From Mobula hypostoma (lineage: Eukaryota), in NCBI RefSeq assembly GCF_963921235.1, contig NC_086108.1:60948001-61012000 (forward strand): DNA of 64,000 nucleotides. Direction: 5' to 3'. How positions within the stretch are numbered: position 1 is the first letter of the stretch; each line of letters begins with the position of its first letter. Positions 50,270-62,819 of the stretch are shown piece by piece. The notes under the pieces are model-generated. The model ran no database searches. It was not told the DNA's origin and worked only from the letters and a program-made list of their open reading frames with translations. Made by a program: the position numbers and the translations under genes.

Positions 50270-50800
50270 TCAGGAAAGGTGAGAAGGCCAAGAAAAAGTT
50301 CACAAGAATGATCCCAGGAATGAAAGGGTTAATGTATGCAGAATGTTTTATGGCCCCGGGCTTGTTCTCACTGAAGTTTAGAAGATTGGTGGGGTGGGGG
50401 GGGGCGGATCTCATTGAAACCTGTTCTATATTGAAAGGCCCAGATAGAGTGAATGTGGAGAGGATGTTTCTTTTCGTGGGGGAGTCCAGACCAGAGGGTA
50501 GAGCCTCAGAATACAAGACTATCCCTTTAGAACAGAGATGAGGAGGAATTTTTTTATGCAGAGGGTGGTGAATCTGTGGGATTCACTGCCGCAAATGACT
50601 TTGGAGGCCAAATCGATGGATATACCTAAAGCAGAATTTGATAGGATTTTGATTAGTTTGGATGCCAAAGGCTTAGGGGAGAAAACAGGAGAATGGGGTT
50701 GAGAGGAATAATAAATCAGCCATGATGAACTGGCAGAGCAGTCTGATGGGCTGAATGCCCTAATTCTGCTCCTATATCTTTTGGGCTCATGGTCTTATGG
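50270..50800 (+). mobile_element. CR1 3' fragment
   Basis: FTRMIPGMKGLMY...; CR1 3' UTR with ATGGTCTT tail. Confidence 0.85.
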
Positions 50801-51399
50801 TATGTATCTGAACACAGATGCAGTTTTTCCTGCAGAGTTAAAGACTATATCTTCATGAAGTTCTTTCTCTGATAAGATGGCTACTAGATTGACAGCAATG
50901 AAGAAGACCCTGGATGGGTCAATATTCCTTCAGATAATTTTCTATTTTCTTTAACATGCTCAGTGATTGCAGTTCATTACTTGCTACTACTCCCCACATG
51001 TGATCAGACACTGCTCTTCCTGCAGAATCTCAGAGTTCCCAGAAGCAGCTCTATAGTTCTAAAGTGGTTAGTGAGCTGAGGTTGATTAGGAGAGGGGCCA
51101 ATTGATTAAGAGGACCATTGAGAAAGGGGAATGACAGATGCAAGTGTGGCAGACAGAAGGTGCAATTATTCACAAGAAGAAATGTATAGAAGAAGCATGG
51201 AATTATTATTATAGATGGTTCCCATTTGAATAAGTGGGGTTAACAGGTCAAGTGGATTAAATGGCCTGTTTCTATATTGAAATTTCTATGACTCTACATA
51301 TGTTTAACCTAGAAATTAACCTTCTGCTTCTATGTCTTATGGTCTTAAGCAAACATCATATTCTGTAATTAGAAAAGACTCCAAAGTGACCCGAAATGT

Positions 51400-51950
51400 C
51401 AAGTTGCTTGTCACTTTAATTCGCCACCGCACTCTCACTTTGATCTTTCTGTTTTTAACCTCCTGCACTGTTAGAATGAAGCTCAATGCAAGCTGGAGGA
51501 ACAGTACTTCATCCTCAATGTGAGCACATCGCAGCCTGCTAGACTTAAAGATCCCCAAATTTAGATAACTGACTGTTTCTTTCCCTCTATATCTGAACTG
51601 GCCATTTTGGCTTGTCATAACGTTCTCTTTCTATAATATCTCTTTCAATTTTTCTTTCAATATAAATATAATAAGAAACTAACTTGGCCTGATGGGAATG
51701 CCATACAGCTGTGCTATCAGTAACACACAACACAAAGCAAGAAGCATAATATACGTCTACCTAAAAGTCATTTGCTCGCACCCGATGAGATGTATTCCCA
51801 TTGTTCTCCTATCCTTTTTCCACCTTCTCTTGTGTTCTCTCTTACCGGTGTCCTGAAGAAGGGTCTCACCCAGAAATGTCGACTGAATATTATTTTCCAA
51901 GCCAATAGAAGTGCTGCTACTGCTGTATTGTTAAGTGTTTCAGTGCTGGA
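51400..51950 (+). mobile_element. PLE 3' remnant (GIY-YIG C-terminus plus pLTR hammerhead)
   Basis: HFNSPPHSH...KLEEQYFI; GTC-CTGAAGA-A-GGGTCTCACCCA-GAAA-TGTC-GAC at 51850-51883. Confidence 0.7.
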
Positions 51951-52064
51951 TTCCCTCACACTGCTGGAGATTCAGATTCAGATTCATTTGCTTATTGCAA
52001 TTACATCAAAAAGTGCATCATTTGTGTTTAGAACTAACACACAAAAGTATGTGCTGGGGACAGC

Positions 52065-54130
52065 CAAGATGGTGCGTAAGTGGCATCTCTTTACATGCAG
52101 CTCCAAAGGGAATCACCAAAAATTCATGTTTAGGACTACTACAGCTGAAATCTGAAATCCACAGTCACAACCATGGGACTTCAGTAAGCAACGTTGCTTT
52201 AAGATACTTCAAAAACTCTATTGATCCTCAAAATTGGCAGACCCCATGCTGCAGATTCAGGTCACAAGTGCAGTTTCCCTAATGCAGAAAATGTGCTGGG
52301 TTGCAAGTAAGATTGAAACATAGGGCTCCGAGGCCCCCACTTCCAAGCACCTTGGTGGCTGTTATACACTCTCCGGAAAGTAAAATTGTAGACCTCAGAG
52401 AAAGATGGACATCAGGGACTGTTGTGTACTTTGCCTCTCAGAAACATGGCTCACCTCCAGCATTTCTGATAGTGCTACTACCTGAGGGCATCACCATCTA
52501 CCACACGGCTAGGACAGTAAAGTCTCTTAAGATAGAGAGGGTGAAGTGCTCCTCATGATGAATTCACTGTGGATCACAGATGTGACAGTTCTATCTCAAG
52601 TCTTGCTCACCCGACCTGAAATATTGATCAGTTAAGTATCATCAATTTTATCTGCTGAGGGAGTTTGCAGCCATCATCCTGGTAGCGGTGTACATTCCAC
52701 TCCTGGCAAACGTCAGGCAGGCTCTGGAAGAACTGAGTACTGTGATCAGCAGTCTCAAAGCAGCACACCCTGATACATTCCTAGTCACTGTGGAAGATTT
52801 CAACTATGCCAGCTTGAAGAAGTCTCTGTACAACTGCTGCCAACATATCACCTGTGCTAACCAAAGGAGCCAAAACCTTGACCACTGTCACACCACCATC
52901 AGGAATGCTGACCATGCCATCCTGCACCCACACTTTGGCAAATCTGATCTCCTGGATGTTCTTCTACTCCCAGCCTAGAGGCAAAGACTGAGGACCACAG
53001 CTGGTCCAAGGTCATAAGAGGCAGAGGAGCGCTTACAAAATTGCTTTGAGTTGGTGGACTGGACAATATTCAGGGATTCATCTTCATATCAGAATGAATA
53101 TGCCACTGTTGTCACCGACTCCACCAAGACCCATGTGGATGAGCGTGTGCCTTCGAAAACAAACCAGACATACCCAAACCAAAGACTGCGAATGAACCAG
53201 GAGATTTGTACTCTGCTGAGGGCTAGGTCTGAGGCATTCAAGACTGGTGATCCAGAACTATACAAGAAGTTCAAGTATGACTGACGGAAGGCTATTTTAA
53301 GAGCAAAAAAAATTCTGATTGAGGTTAGAGATGGAATCAGATGCACAGCAGCTCTGGCAGGGTTTGCAGGCCATTACTTCCTACAAAGCAAAACCCAACA
53401 TCACGAATGACTAGGATGCTTCACTCTGAGATGAGTTCAACACTTTTAATGCATGCTTTGCAAGGGACAATAGAACTACATCTGTGCAAATCCCTGCAGC
53501 ATCTGGTGACCTTCTGATTTCTGTCTCAGAGGCCAACATTAGAACATCTTACAGGGGTATAAACCTTTGCAAAGCATCAGGCTTCAATGGTGCACTGGTA
53601 GGGTACCGAAAATCTGTGCCAACCAACTGTTCGGAGTGTTCAAGGACAGCTTCAATCCTTCATTGCTGCAGTCAGAGTTTCCCACCTGCTTACAAAGGGC
53701 TTCAATCATACCAGTGCCTAAGAAGAACAGGGTGAGCTATCTCAATGACTATTGCCTGGTAGTACTCATATCGACCATGATAAAGTGCTTTGAGAGGTTG
53801 GTCATGGCCAGAATCAACTCCTGTCTAAGCGAGGACCTGGACCTGCTGCAATTTGCGTACCACTACAATAGGTCTACAGCAGATGCAATCTCATTTGCTC
53901 TCCACTCAGCCTTGGACTAGCTGGATAACAGCAATACCTACATCAGGCTGCTGTTTGTTCATTACAGGTCAGTGTTCAACACCATCATACCCTTAGTACT
54001 AATCAACAAGCTTCAAAACCTGGGCCTCTGTACCTCCCTCTGCAACTGAATTCCTTACCAGAAGACCATACTTAGTGCGGATCAGAAATAACATCTTCTC
54101 CTCGCTGACAATCAGTACAGGGGCATCCCA
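52065..54130 (+). mobile_element. Rex1/Babar LINE 5' two-thirds (APE endonuclease plus RT start), degraded
   Basis: VYIP, VEDFNYASL, NLDHC and FGKSDL (APE); IIPVPKK..LNDYC..KCFERLV..QFAY. Confidence 0.88.
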
Positions 54131-57006
54131 TCAGCAGCAATGCACATTCTATTTCTTTTTACATTTCTTTCAGGTGTTTAATTCCGTTACAAGATACAGA
54201 AAGTTTCTGTCTTTATAACACAAATGCCAATGTTGTTCAAAATTAAATGTTTAAGTTATTCTATTACGGAGAATACCATAAGACCATAAGACATAGGAGC
54301 AGAAGAGGCCATTTGGCCCATCGAGTCCGCTCCGCAATTCAATCACGGCTGATCCTTTCTTCCCCTCTTCAGACCCATTCCCTGGCCTTCTCCTTGTAAC
54401 CTTTGATGCCATGCCCAATCAAGAACCTATCAATCTCTGCCTTAAATACACCCAACGACCTGGCTCCACAGCTGCCTGTGGTAACAGATTCCACAAATTC
54501 ACCACCCTCTGGCGAAAGAAATTTCTCCACATCTCTGTTTTAAATGAACACACTTCTATCCTGAGGCTGTGCTGTCTTGTCGTAGACTCCCCCACCATGT
54601 GAATAATCCTTTCCGCAACTAATCTGTCGAGGCCTTTCAACATTCAAAAAGTGTCAATGAGATCTCCCCTCATTCTTCAGAGTTCCCCCGAATACAGGTC
54701 CAGAGTCATCAAATGTTCCTCATATGATAACCCTTTCATATCCGGAATATTTCTTGTGGACCTCCTCTGAACCCTCTCCAATGCCAACACATCTTTTCTT
54801 AGATGAAGAGTCTAAAACTGTTCACAACACTCAAGGTGAGGCCTTAACAGTACATTATAAAGCCTCAGCATCACGTCCCTGCTCTTGTATTCAAAACCTC
54901 TTGAAATGAATGCTAACATTGCATTTGTCTTCGTCACCACCAATTCAACCTCCAAGCTGACCTTCAGTGTAATCTGCACAAGGACTCCCAAATCCCCTTG
55001 CACCTCAGTTTTTTGGAATTGCTCCCCATTTAGAAAATAGTCTGCGTATTTATTTCTTCTACCAAAGTGCATGGCCATGTATTTTCTGAAATTGTATTTA
55101 ATTTGCCACATTCTTCTCCAAAGCTGTCTAAGTCCTTCCACAGCCTACCTGTTTCTTCAGCACTACCTGCCCTCCAACAATCTTCATATCACCTGCAAAA
55201 CTAGGAACAAAGCCAACTATTCCATCATCTAAATCATTGATAGACAGCATAAAAAGAAACGATCCCAACACCAACCCCTGCGGAACACCACTAGTCACTG
55301 GCAGCCAACCAGAAAAGGATTCTTTTATTTCCACTCACTGCCTCCTACCTATTAGCCAATGGTCTAGCCATGTTAGTAAATTTCCTGTAATATCATGGGT
55401 TCTTAACCTAGTAAACAGCCTCATGTGTGACACCTTGTAAAAGGCCTTCTGAAAATCCAAATATATAACATCCACTGCATCCCCTTTATCTATTCTACGT
55501 GTAATCTCCTCAAAGAATTCCAACAAGTATGTCAGGCATGATTTTCCCTTAAGGAAACCATGCTGACTTTGTCCTATCTTGTCCTGTGTCACCAAGTACT
55601 CCATAACTTCATCCTTAAGAATTGACTCCAATATTTTCCCAACCACTGAGGTCAGGCTAACTGGTCTATAATTTCCTTTCTGCTGCCTCTCTCCTTTCTT
55701 AAAGAGTGGAGTGACATTTGCAATTTTCCAGTCCTCTGGCACCATGCCAGAGTCCAATGATATTTAAAAGTTCATTACTAATGCTTCCACAATCTCTACA
55801 CTACCTCTTTCAGAACCCTAGGGTGTAGTTCATCTGGTCCAGGCGACTCATGTTTCCTTTAGGTCTTTCCGCTTTTTTAGCACCTTCTCCCTTGTAAAGG
55901 TAACTGTACTCACTTCTCTTTCCTCGCACCCTTCAACATCTGGCACACTGCTAGTGTCTGACTGATACAAAATACTCAGTTAATTTATCTGCCATCTGAT
56001 TGGCTCCTGTCATTATTTCTCCAGCCTTATTTTCTAGCACTCCTATATTCACTTTCATCTCTCTTTTATTTTTTACATACTTCAAAAAGCTTTTACTATC
56101 CACTTTGCTATTGTTTGCTAGCTCGCTTTCATATTTCATCTTTTCCCTCTGAGTGATTCTTTTATTGTTCTCCGTAGGGTTTTTAAAAAAGCTTCTCAAT
56201 CCTCTGTCTTCCCACTAATTTTTGTTTTGTTGTCAGCCCTCTCTTTTGCCTTTACATTAGCTTTGACTTCCCTTGTCAGCCACGGTTGTACTGTTTTGCC
56301 ATTTGAGTATTTCTTTGATTTTGGCTGATTTTGGCCAACTCCTCTCTCATACCACTGCAATTTCCTGTATTTCACTGAACTACTGCTATGTCAGACTTTA
56401 CTTTCTCCCTATCAAATTTCAAGTTGAACTCAATCATATTGTAATCGGTACCTAATGGTTCTTTTACCGTAAGCTTGCTATTCACTTCCAGTTTATTACA
56501 TAACACCAAATCCAGTATAGCTGATCCCCTAGTAGGCTTAATGACAAACTGCTCTAAAAAGCCATCTCATAGGCTTTCAACAAATTCACTCTCTTGAGAT
56601 CCATTACCAACATAATTTTCCCAATCTATCTGCAAGTTAACTTCTCCCATGACGATTATAACATTGCCCTTTTGACACGCCTTTTCTATTTCCTGTTGTA
56701 ATCTGTAGTCCACATCCCAGCTGCTGTTTGCAGGCCTATATATAATTGTCATCAGGGTCCTTTAACCTTGCAGTTCTTAACTCAACCCACAAAGATTCCG
56801 ATTCTATGTCACATCTTTCTAGTGATTGATGCCATTCTTTACCAGCAGAGCCATACCACCCCCTCTGCCTACCTTCCTATCCCTCTGATACAATGTGTAA
56901 CCTTGGACATTCAGTCCCCAACTACAAACATCCTTCAGCCACAATTCCGTGATGGTCATAGCAACCTGTAAAAGTGCAAGATGATCATCCACCTTATTTC
57001 TTAATA

Positions 57007-59397
57007 ACCAGAGACACCACGCACCCCGACCACTCCCTGTTTGACCCGCTGCCGTCCAGCAAAAAGTTCAGGACACTAAAAGCCAGAACAAGTAGACTGA
57101 GGAACAGCTTCTATCCCAGAGCTGTGGCCTCCATCACGCCACTCCCACAGAATAATGACTGAAACTGTGAGCACACACATGCATACACAAGGACTCAAAT
57201 ACTTGCACTAACGGCACTTTGTGCATTACTGTGATATTCTGGTGCTGCTGCAACATATTTTCTGCTATTTATCTATTTAATACTGTTTTTCTATTACTGT
57301 CTTGTTTTTATCTACTGCTTTATTTAACTGCCTAAGAGGAAGCCAAACAGAGTTTCATTGTATCCTTGAATCCCTGCCCCCTGCTCCAAATGCGTGGCTG
57401 AGGGATTGGAGCAGGGGGCAGTGATTCAAGTTTTTCGATCATTGGGACCTCTTTTGGCGCAGGCGTGACCTGTACAAAAAGGACGGGTTACACTTGAATC
57501 CTAGGGGGACCAATATCCTGGCAGGGAGATTAGCGGGGGCTACTGAGGTGACTTTAAACTAGAATGGTTGGGGGGTGGGAATCAAATTAAAGAGGCTAGG
57601 CGTGAGGAGGTTAGTTCACAACAGGGGGATGGGAACCAGTGCAGAGAGACAGAGGGGTGTAAAGTGAGGGTAGAAGCAAAAAGTACTAAGGAGAAAAGTA
57701 AAAGTGGCAGGCCGACAAATCCAGGGCAAGCATTAAAAAGGGCCACTTTTCAACATAATTGTATAAGGGCTAAGAGAGTTGTAAAAGAGCTCCTGAAGGC
57801 TTTGTGTGTCAATGCAAGGAGCATTCGTAATAAGGTGGATGAATTGAAAGTGCAGATTGTTATTAATGATTATGATATAGTTGGGATCACAGAGACATGG
57901 CTCCAGGGTGACCAGGGATGGGAGCCTTTTTAAAAAAGGAGGGAGAGAGAAACCAGGGAATTATAGACCGGTTAGCCTAACGTCAGTGGTCGGGAAACTG
58001 CTGGAGTCAGTTATCAAGGATGTGATAACAGCACATTTGGAAAGCGGTGAAATGATCGGACAAAGTCAGCATGGATTTGTGAAAGGAAAATCATGTCTGA
58101 CGAATCTCATAGAATTTTTTGAGGATGTAACTAGTAGAGTGGATAGGGGAGAACCAGTGGATGTGGTATATTTGGATTTCAAAAGGCTTTTGACAAGGTC
58201 CCACACAGGAGATTAGTGTGCAAACTTAAAGCACATGGTATTGGGGGTAAGGTATTGGTGTGGGTGGAGAATTGGTTAGCAGACAGGAAGCAAAGAGTGG
58301 GAATAAACGGGACCTTTTCAGAATGGCAGGCGGTGACTAGTGGGGTACCGCAAGGCTCAGTGCTGGGACCCCAGTTGTTTACAATATATATTAATGACTT
58401 GGATGAGGGAATTAAATGCAGCATCTCCAAGTTTGCAGATGACACGAAGCTGGGTGACAGTGTTAGCTGTGAGGAGGATGCTAAGAGGATGCAGAGTGAC
58501 TTGGATAGGTTGGGTGAGTGGGCAAATTCATGGCAGATACAATTTAATGTGGATAAATGTGAAGTTATCCACTTTGGTGGCAAAAGTAGGAAAACAGATT
58601 ATTATCTGAATGGTGGTCGATTAGGAAAAGGGGAGGTGCAACAAGACCTGGGTGTCATTATACACCAGTCATTGAAAGTGGGCATGCAGGTACAGCAGGC
58701 GGTGAAAAATGCGAATGGTATGCTGGCATTTATAGCGAGAGGATTCGAGTACAGGAGCAGGGAGGTACTACTGCAGTTGTACAAGGCCTTGGTGAGACCA
58801 CACCTGGAGTACTGTGTGCAGTTTTGGTCCCCTAATCTGAGGAAAGACATCCTTGCCATAGAGGGAGTACAAAGAAGGTTCACCAGATTGATTCCTGGAC
58901 TTTCATATGAAGAAAGACTGGATGAACTGGGCTTGTACTCGTTGGAATTTAGAAGATTGAGGGGAGATCTGATTGAAATGTATAAAATCCTAAAGGGATT
59001 GGACAGGCTAGATGCAGGAAGATTGTTCCCGATGTTGGGGAAGTCCAGAACGAGGGGTCACAGTTTGAGGATAAAGGGGAAGCCTTTTAGGACCGAGATT
59101 AGGAAAAACTTCTTCACACAGAGAGTGGTGAATCTGTGGAATTCTCTGCCACAGGAAACAGTTGAGGCCAGTTCATTGGCTATATTTAAGAGGGAGTTAG
59201 ATATGGCCCTTGTGGCTATGGGGGTCAGGGGGTATGGAGGGAAGGCTGGGGCGGGGTTCTGAGTTGGATGATCAGCCATGATCATAATAAATGGTGGTGC
59301 AGGCTCAAAGGGCCGAATGGCCTACTCCTGCACCTATTTTCTATGTTTCTATGTTTCTATGTATAATGACAATGAGGATCATTCAATTCAATTCAAT
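57007..59397 (+). mobile_element. Rex1/Babar 3' fragment, split by a CR1
   Basis: DTTHPDHSLFDPLPSSKKFRTLKARTSRLRNSFYPRAV; the tail resumes at 59360-59397 with (CAATT)n. Confidence 0.8.
57364..59359 (+). mobile_element. Young CR1 with an internal deletion of most of the endonuclease
   Basis: ORF1 end (DLYKKDGLHLN), ORF2 start (NARSIRNK..GITETWL) fused at ~57925 to FKKGGREKPGNYRPVSLTS; open RT ORF 58216-59262; flanks TGTAT/TGTAT; (TTTCTATG)n tail. Confidence 0.93.
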
Positions 59398-61810
59398 ACT
59401 CTGTGCACTGAGTGACAGTGTATTTGCTACCCTTTTTGATTCTGCATCCCTAATGCACTGATACTCACCCTGCTGGCTGTAGTTTTATCCTGTTGTCTGC
59501 CTGCCCTTCCGGGCAGTCTGACTGCACATTATCTTTGCTTTTTTACTATCTTCCCATTCTGAGTCCCTTCACTTTGATTTCCATCCCCCTGCCAAATTAG
59601 TTCAAACACTCCCCAACAGCTCTAACAAATCTGCCCACAAGAATATTCGTCCCCTTTGGGTTCAGGTGCAACCTGTCCCTTTTGTACAGGTCATACCTCC
59701 CCCAGAAGATAATCCAATGATTGAAGAACCTGAACCTCTATCCCCTGCACCAGCTTCGTGGCCATGCATTTATCTGCCACATCATCCTGCTTCTACCCTC
59801 ACTGGCACGTGGGACAGTTAGCAATCCAAAAATAACTACCCTGGAGGCCCTGCTTCTCAGCTTTCTGCCTGGCTCTCTAAATTCTCTCTTCAGGATCTCT
59901 TTGCTTTTCCTTCCTATGTCATCGGTACCAATATGTACCAAGACATCTGACAGCTCTCCCTTCCTCCTCCAAAATGCTATGGATGCAATCTGAGACGTCC
60001 CTTACGCTGACACCTGGAAGGCAACATACTATCTGGGTGTCCCGTTCATGACAACAGAATCTCCTGTCTGTTTCTCTGACTATTGAGTCCCCTATCACTA
60101 CGGCTCCCCTCTTCTCCCTTTTTCCCTTCTGCACCACGGACCCATGCTCAGTGGCACTAATCTGGTCTCCATGGCATTCCCCTGGAAGGCCATCCCCATA
60201 CAGTATCCAAAACGGTACAATATACTTATTTTTGAGAGGAATGGCCATAGGGGTGCTCTGATCTAACTGCCTATTCACTGTCCCATTCCTCCTGCTGACA
60301 GTCACCCAGCTACTCACCTCCTGCAACTTAGGGGTGACTACTTCGATCGATGATCTCCTCACTTTCCCGTACAAGCCAAAGATCATCCAGCTGCTACTCC
60401 AGATCCCTAACATGGTCTTCAAGGAGGTGCATCTGGACGCACCTCATGCAGGTGTTGTTCCCTTGGAGACTCTGGGTCTCCCAGGACTCTAATGTTCAGC
60501 ATGAAGAACACACAATGGCCATTTAAGCTACACTAAGTACCCCTGACACTCCTGAGAAGGTGAAAGGAATATTCAAAATCACAATAAAAGATCTAAGTGG
60601 AGAAAGAGAATCAAAACTAAATAAAACAAAAGGTTAAATGGGCAAGAACTTAGTGAATATTACTTGGCAGAACAATACAGAAACCAAGAAAAGAGAATAT
60701 ACTGGGCCGCAAACAGCAACAGCAAAACAAACAGCATTCTGCCCACTCACACATATACACACAGTACTCTAAACCCAGCGCAGGTGTCTCCTTTGGCCTC
60801 CAGCCTCTAGTAGACTCATAGATACACAGACATTAGGGCTTTAACTTCTTCAGTAGAATCAGGACCCAAGCCATTGGGCCTTGACTAATGGACTTCTGAT
60901 TGCCCTTCAGACTTCAATCTTCAGTGTCAATCCTGGACTCACCGATGATGACCTCCCTGGATTAGGACTCGAACTCCAGGCTTCAGGCTCTTATCTCACC
61001 AATGACAGGACCCGAAATGCTCTCGCTGCTCTGCCTGTTTGACATTCGAACACGTCCACATAGCTGTCCTTTGAGAGTGGAGCAGTGGCTTAGATTCTAG
61101 CCTGTACTCTAACTCCTCCACATCCCTGTCCCTAAACCCTAACTCCCTTCTCTGCTCCTCAAAATCATCCCTACAAGCCTAAATAGTGAAAAAAAACAAC
61201 TGTCTGAACCTTGACCTTGATGGAGTCTGCAGCTTGCCGCCATCTTGCATGATGGTGCATGCAGGAACATTGAGTCACAAGGCATTCCTGGTGCAAACCT
61301 AATTCTTGGTTTGGGTTAGAGAGATGGAGTGGGGTTGCTGCAGATCTGGTTGTTCATGTCCTGCTGCTTGTTGTTGCAAAATCTTATCCGCTTTATCAAA
61401 TGCAGCAATTCTTTCATTAACATGGCAGAGTCCATAGCTTGTATCTAACAGATGGATTAGCAAAGCGTCAAGAATATGTCCTCATAAGAGTCGATGAACA
61501 CCTTGACCACTCATGACTACTGAAGGAATAATCTCTGGGGAAGATTTCATAATGGAAAGTGAGGCCTATTGGAACATTTTGTGCTTAACCTGGTATGAAG
61601 GTCATACCTATATATTTACTAGAAATTGGTCATTAGGTACTCCATGATTCTGTATTGTCTATGATTTCCATAGCACCAGCAACAGCAAGTCATGCAAGCT
61701 TAACTATTTCCAAATGGCAATCACAATTGTCATCTTTTAGGTTAGGAGATTTGACAAATATTCAGCAGTTTGAAATAACAATGCTAACTTGTACAGGAAA
61801 GTTGGTCTTA

Positions 61811-62312
61811 TGTAACGGTCTTTGCCCCACTGACCCCCCGTTGCCTAGGCTGAATAACCATCTTCCCCGCCAAACAGTGCAATCGCTTTGGTGCGGTTAA
61901 GGTGTGAGTCACACATAACATTTTAATACGTTGGAGCTCACGGCTCCGATTCCATCCACAACGTCCTTCCGAGACTCCAGCCACCCTCTGAACCCCCGAG
62001 GTCTGGTGTCCACTGCCCTGGAACCGCTGTCCATTCCTCACATGTCCGTTCTCTCTGCTCGCCTCCCGAAAAAGCCCGCACTCCTCAACTCAGCACACAT
62101 ATACAAGATAACAGAACATGACATCCATTGGCTAACAAATGAATACAATTTCCATTATCACACTGTATAACCCAAACATTGCAGTTACAGAGAACCCCTT
62201 GCTCAGCAGTTAACATTATGAGAAGCCATTTTAATATAACACTTCAGAGAAGCCATTTTGATAATAAGCGATCAATAGTTAACAGTCCACCTAGTACACT
62301 GAGAGCCCTACA
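61811..62312. mobile_element. Solo LTR, 502 bp
   Basis: TGTA...TACA termini with 4-bp TSD CTTA at 61807-61810 and 62313-62316. Confidence 0.75.
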
Positions 62313-62436
62313 CTTATTATTATAACCAAAAGAATTGGCAGTTGGTAGCAGGGATATAGACTAATACAAGCAAACGTAACTTAGAATATTTGTGTTTAGC
62401 ATGGAGGTGGTAACAGCTCCTAAGGTGTAAAGGGAA

Positions 62437-62577
62437 GCAGTCCTGAAGAAGAGTCTTGGCCCAAAACTTCAACTGTTTGTCTGTTTGTTCACTTCCATGG
62501 AGGCTGCCTGACTTGCTGAGTTCTTGCATCATTTTCCGTGTGTTGCTCTGGATTTCCAGCGTCTGCAGAATTTCTTA
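62437..62577 (+). mobile_element. PLE pLTR remnant with decayed hammerhead
   Basis: CAGTCCTGAAGAAGAGTCTTGGCCCAAAAC...GGATTTCCAGCGTCTGCAGAATTTCTT. Confidence 0.7.
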
Positions 62578-62819
62578 AGCCTATGTTCTGTTAGGCTGAT
62601 GACACACTGCCACAGTCGATGGCACCTATCTCTCTGCAGTAAGCAACATTGCCTGCAGCAGTCTCTCTTCAAAGTTCCCCTTGTCTGGGTTTGATAACAT
62701 ATGACCACAGACATCCTTGCCTGGATGTTGTCTTTGATCCTTGCATTACCACAACTTCCACACTCCCTCCCGTAGAGGACAACATAAATCTTACTGAATT
62801 TCAATAGAGTCAAGTCTCT

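Larger units (their letters stand above)
54274..60490 (-). mobile_element. Near full-length degraded CR1 (ORF1 SGNH esterase plus ORF2), split at ~57006/59398
   Basis: ORF1 VVIGDSIVR..CCLPG and VHIGTDDI; APE YRPANS..VMGEVN; RT VPEDWKIANVTPLFKKG..LDFQKAF; (AGACCATA) tail. Confidence 0.92.

Noticed and set aside
61811..62312. Treating this LTR as the 3' LTR of the adjacent ERV remnant
   Set aside because: It has its own matching 4-bp TSD on both sides, so it is an independent solo LTR.
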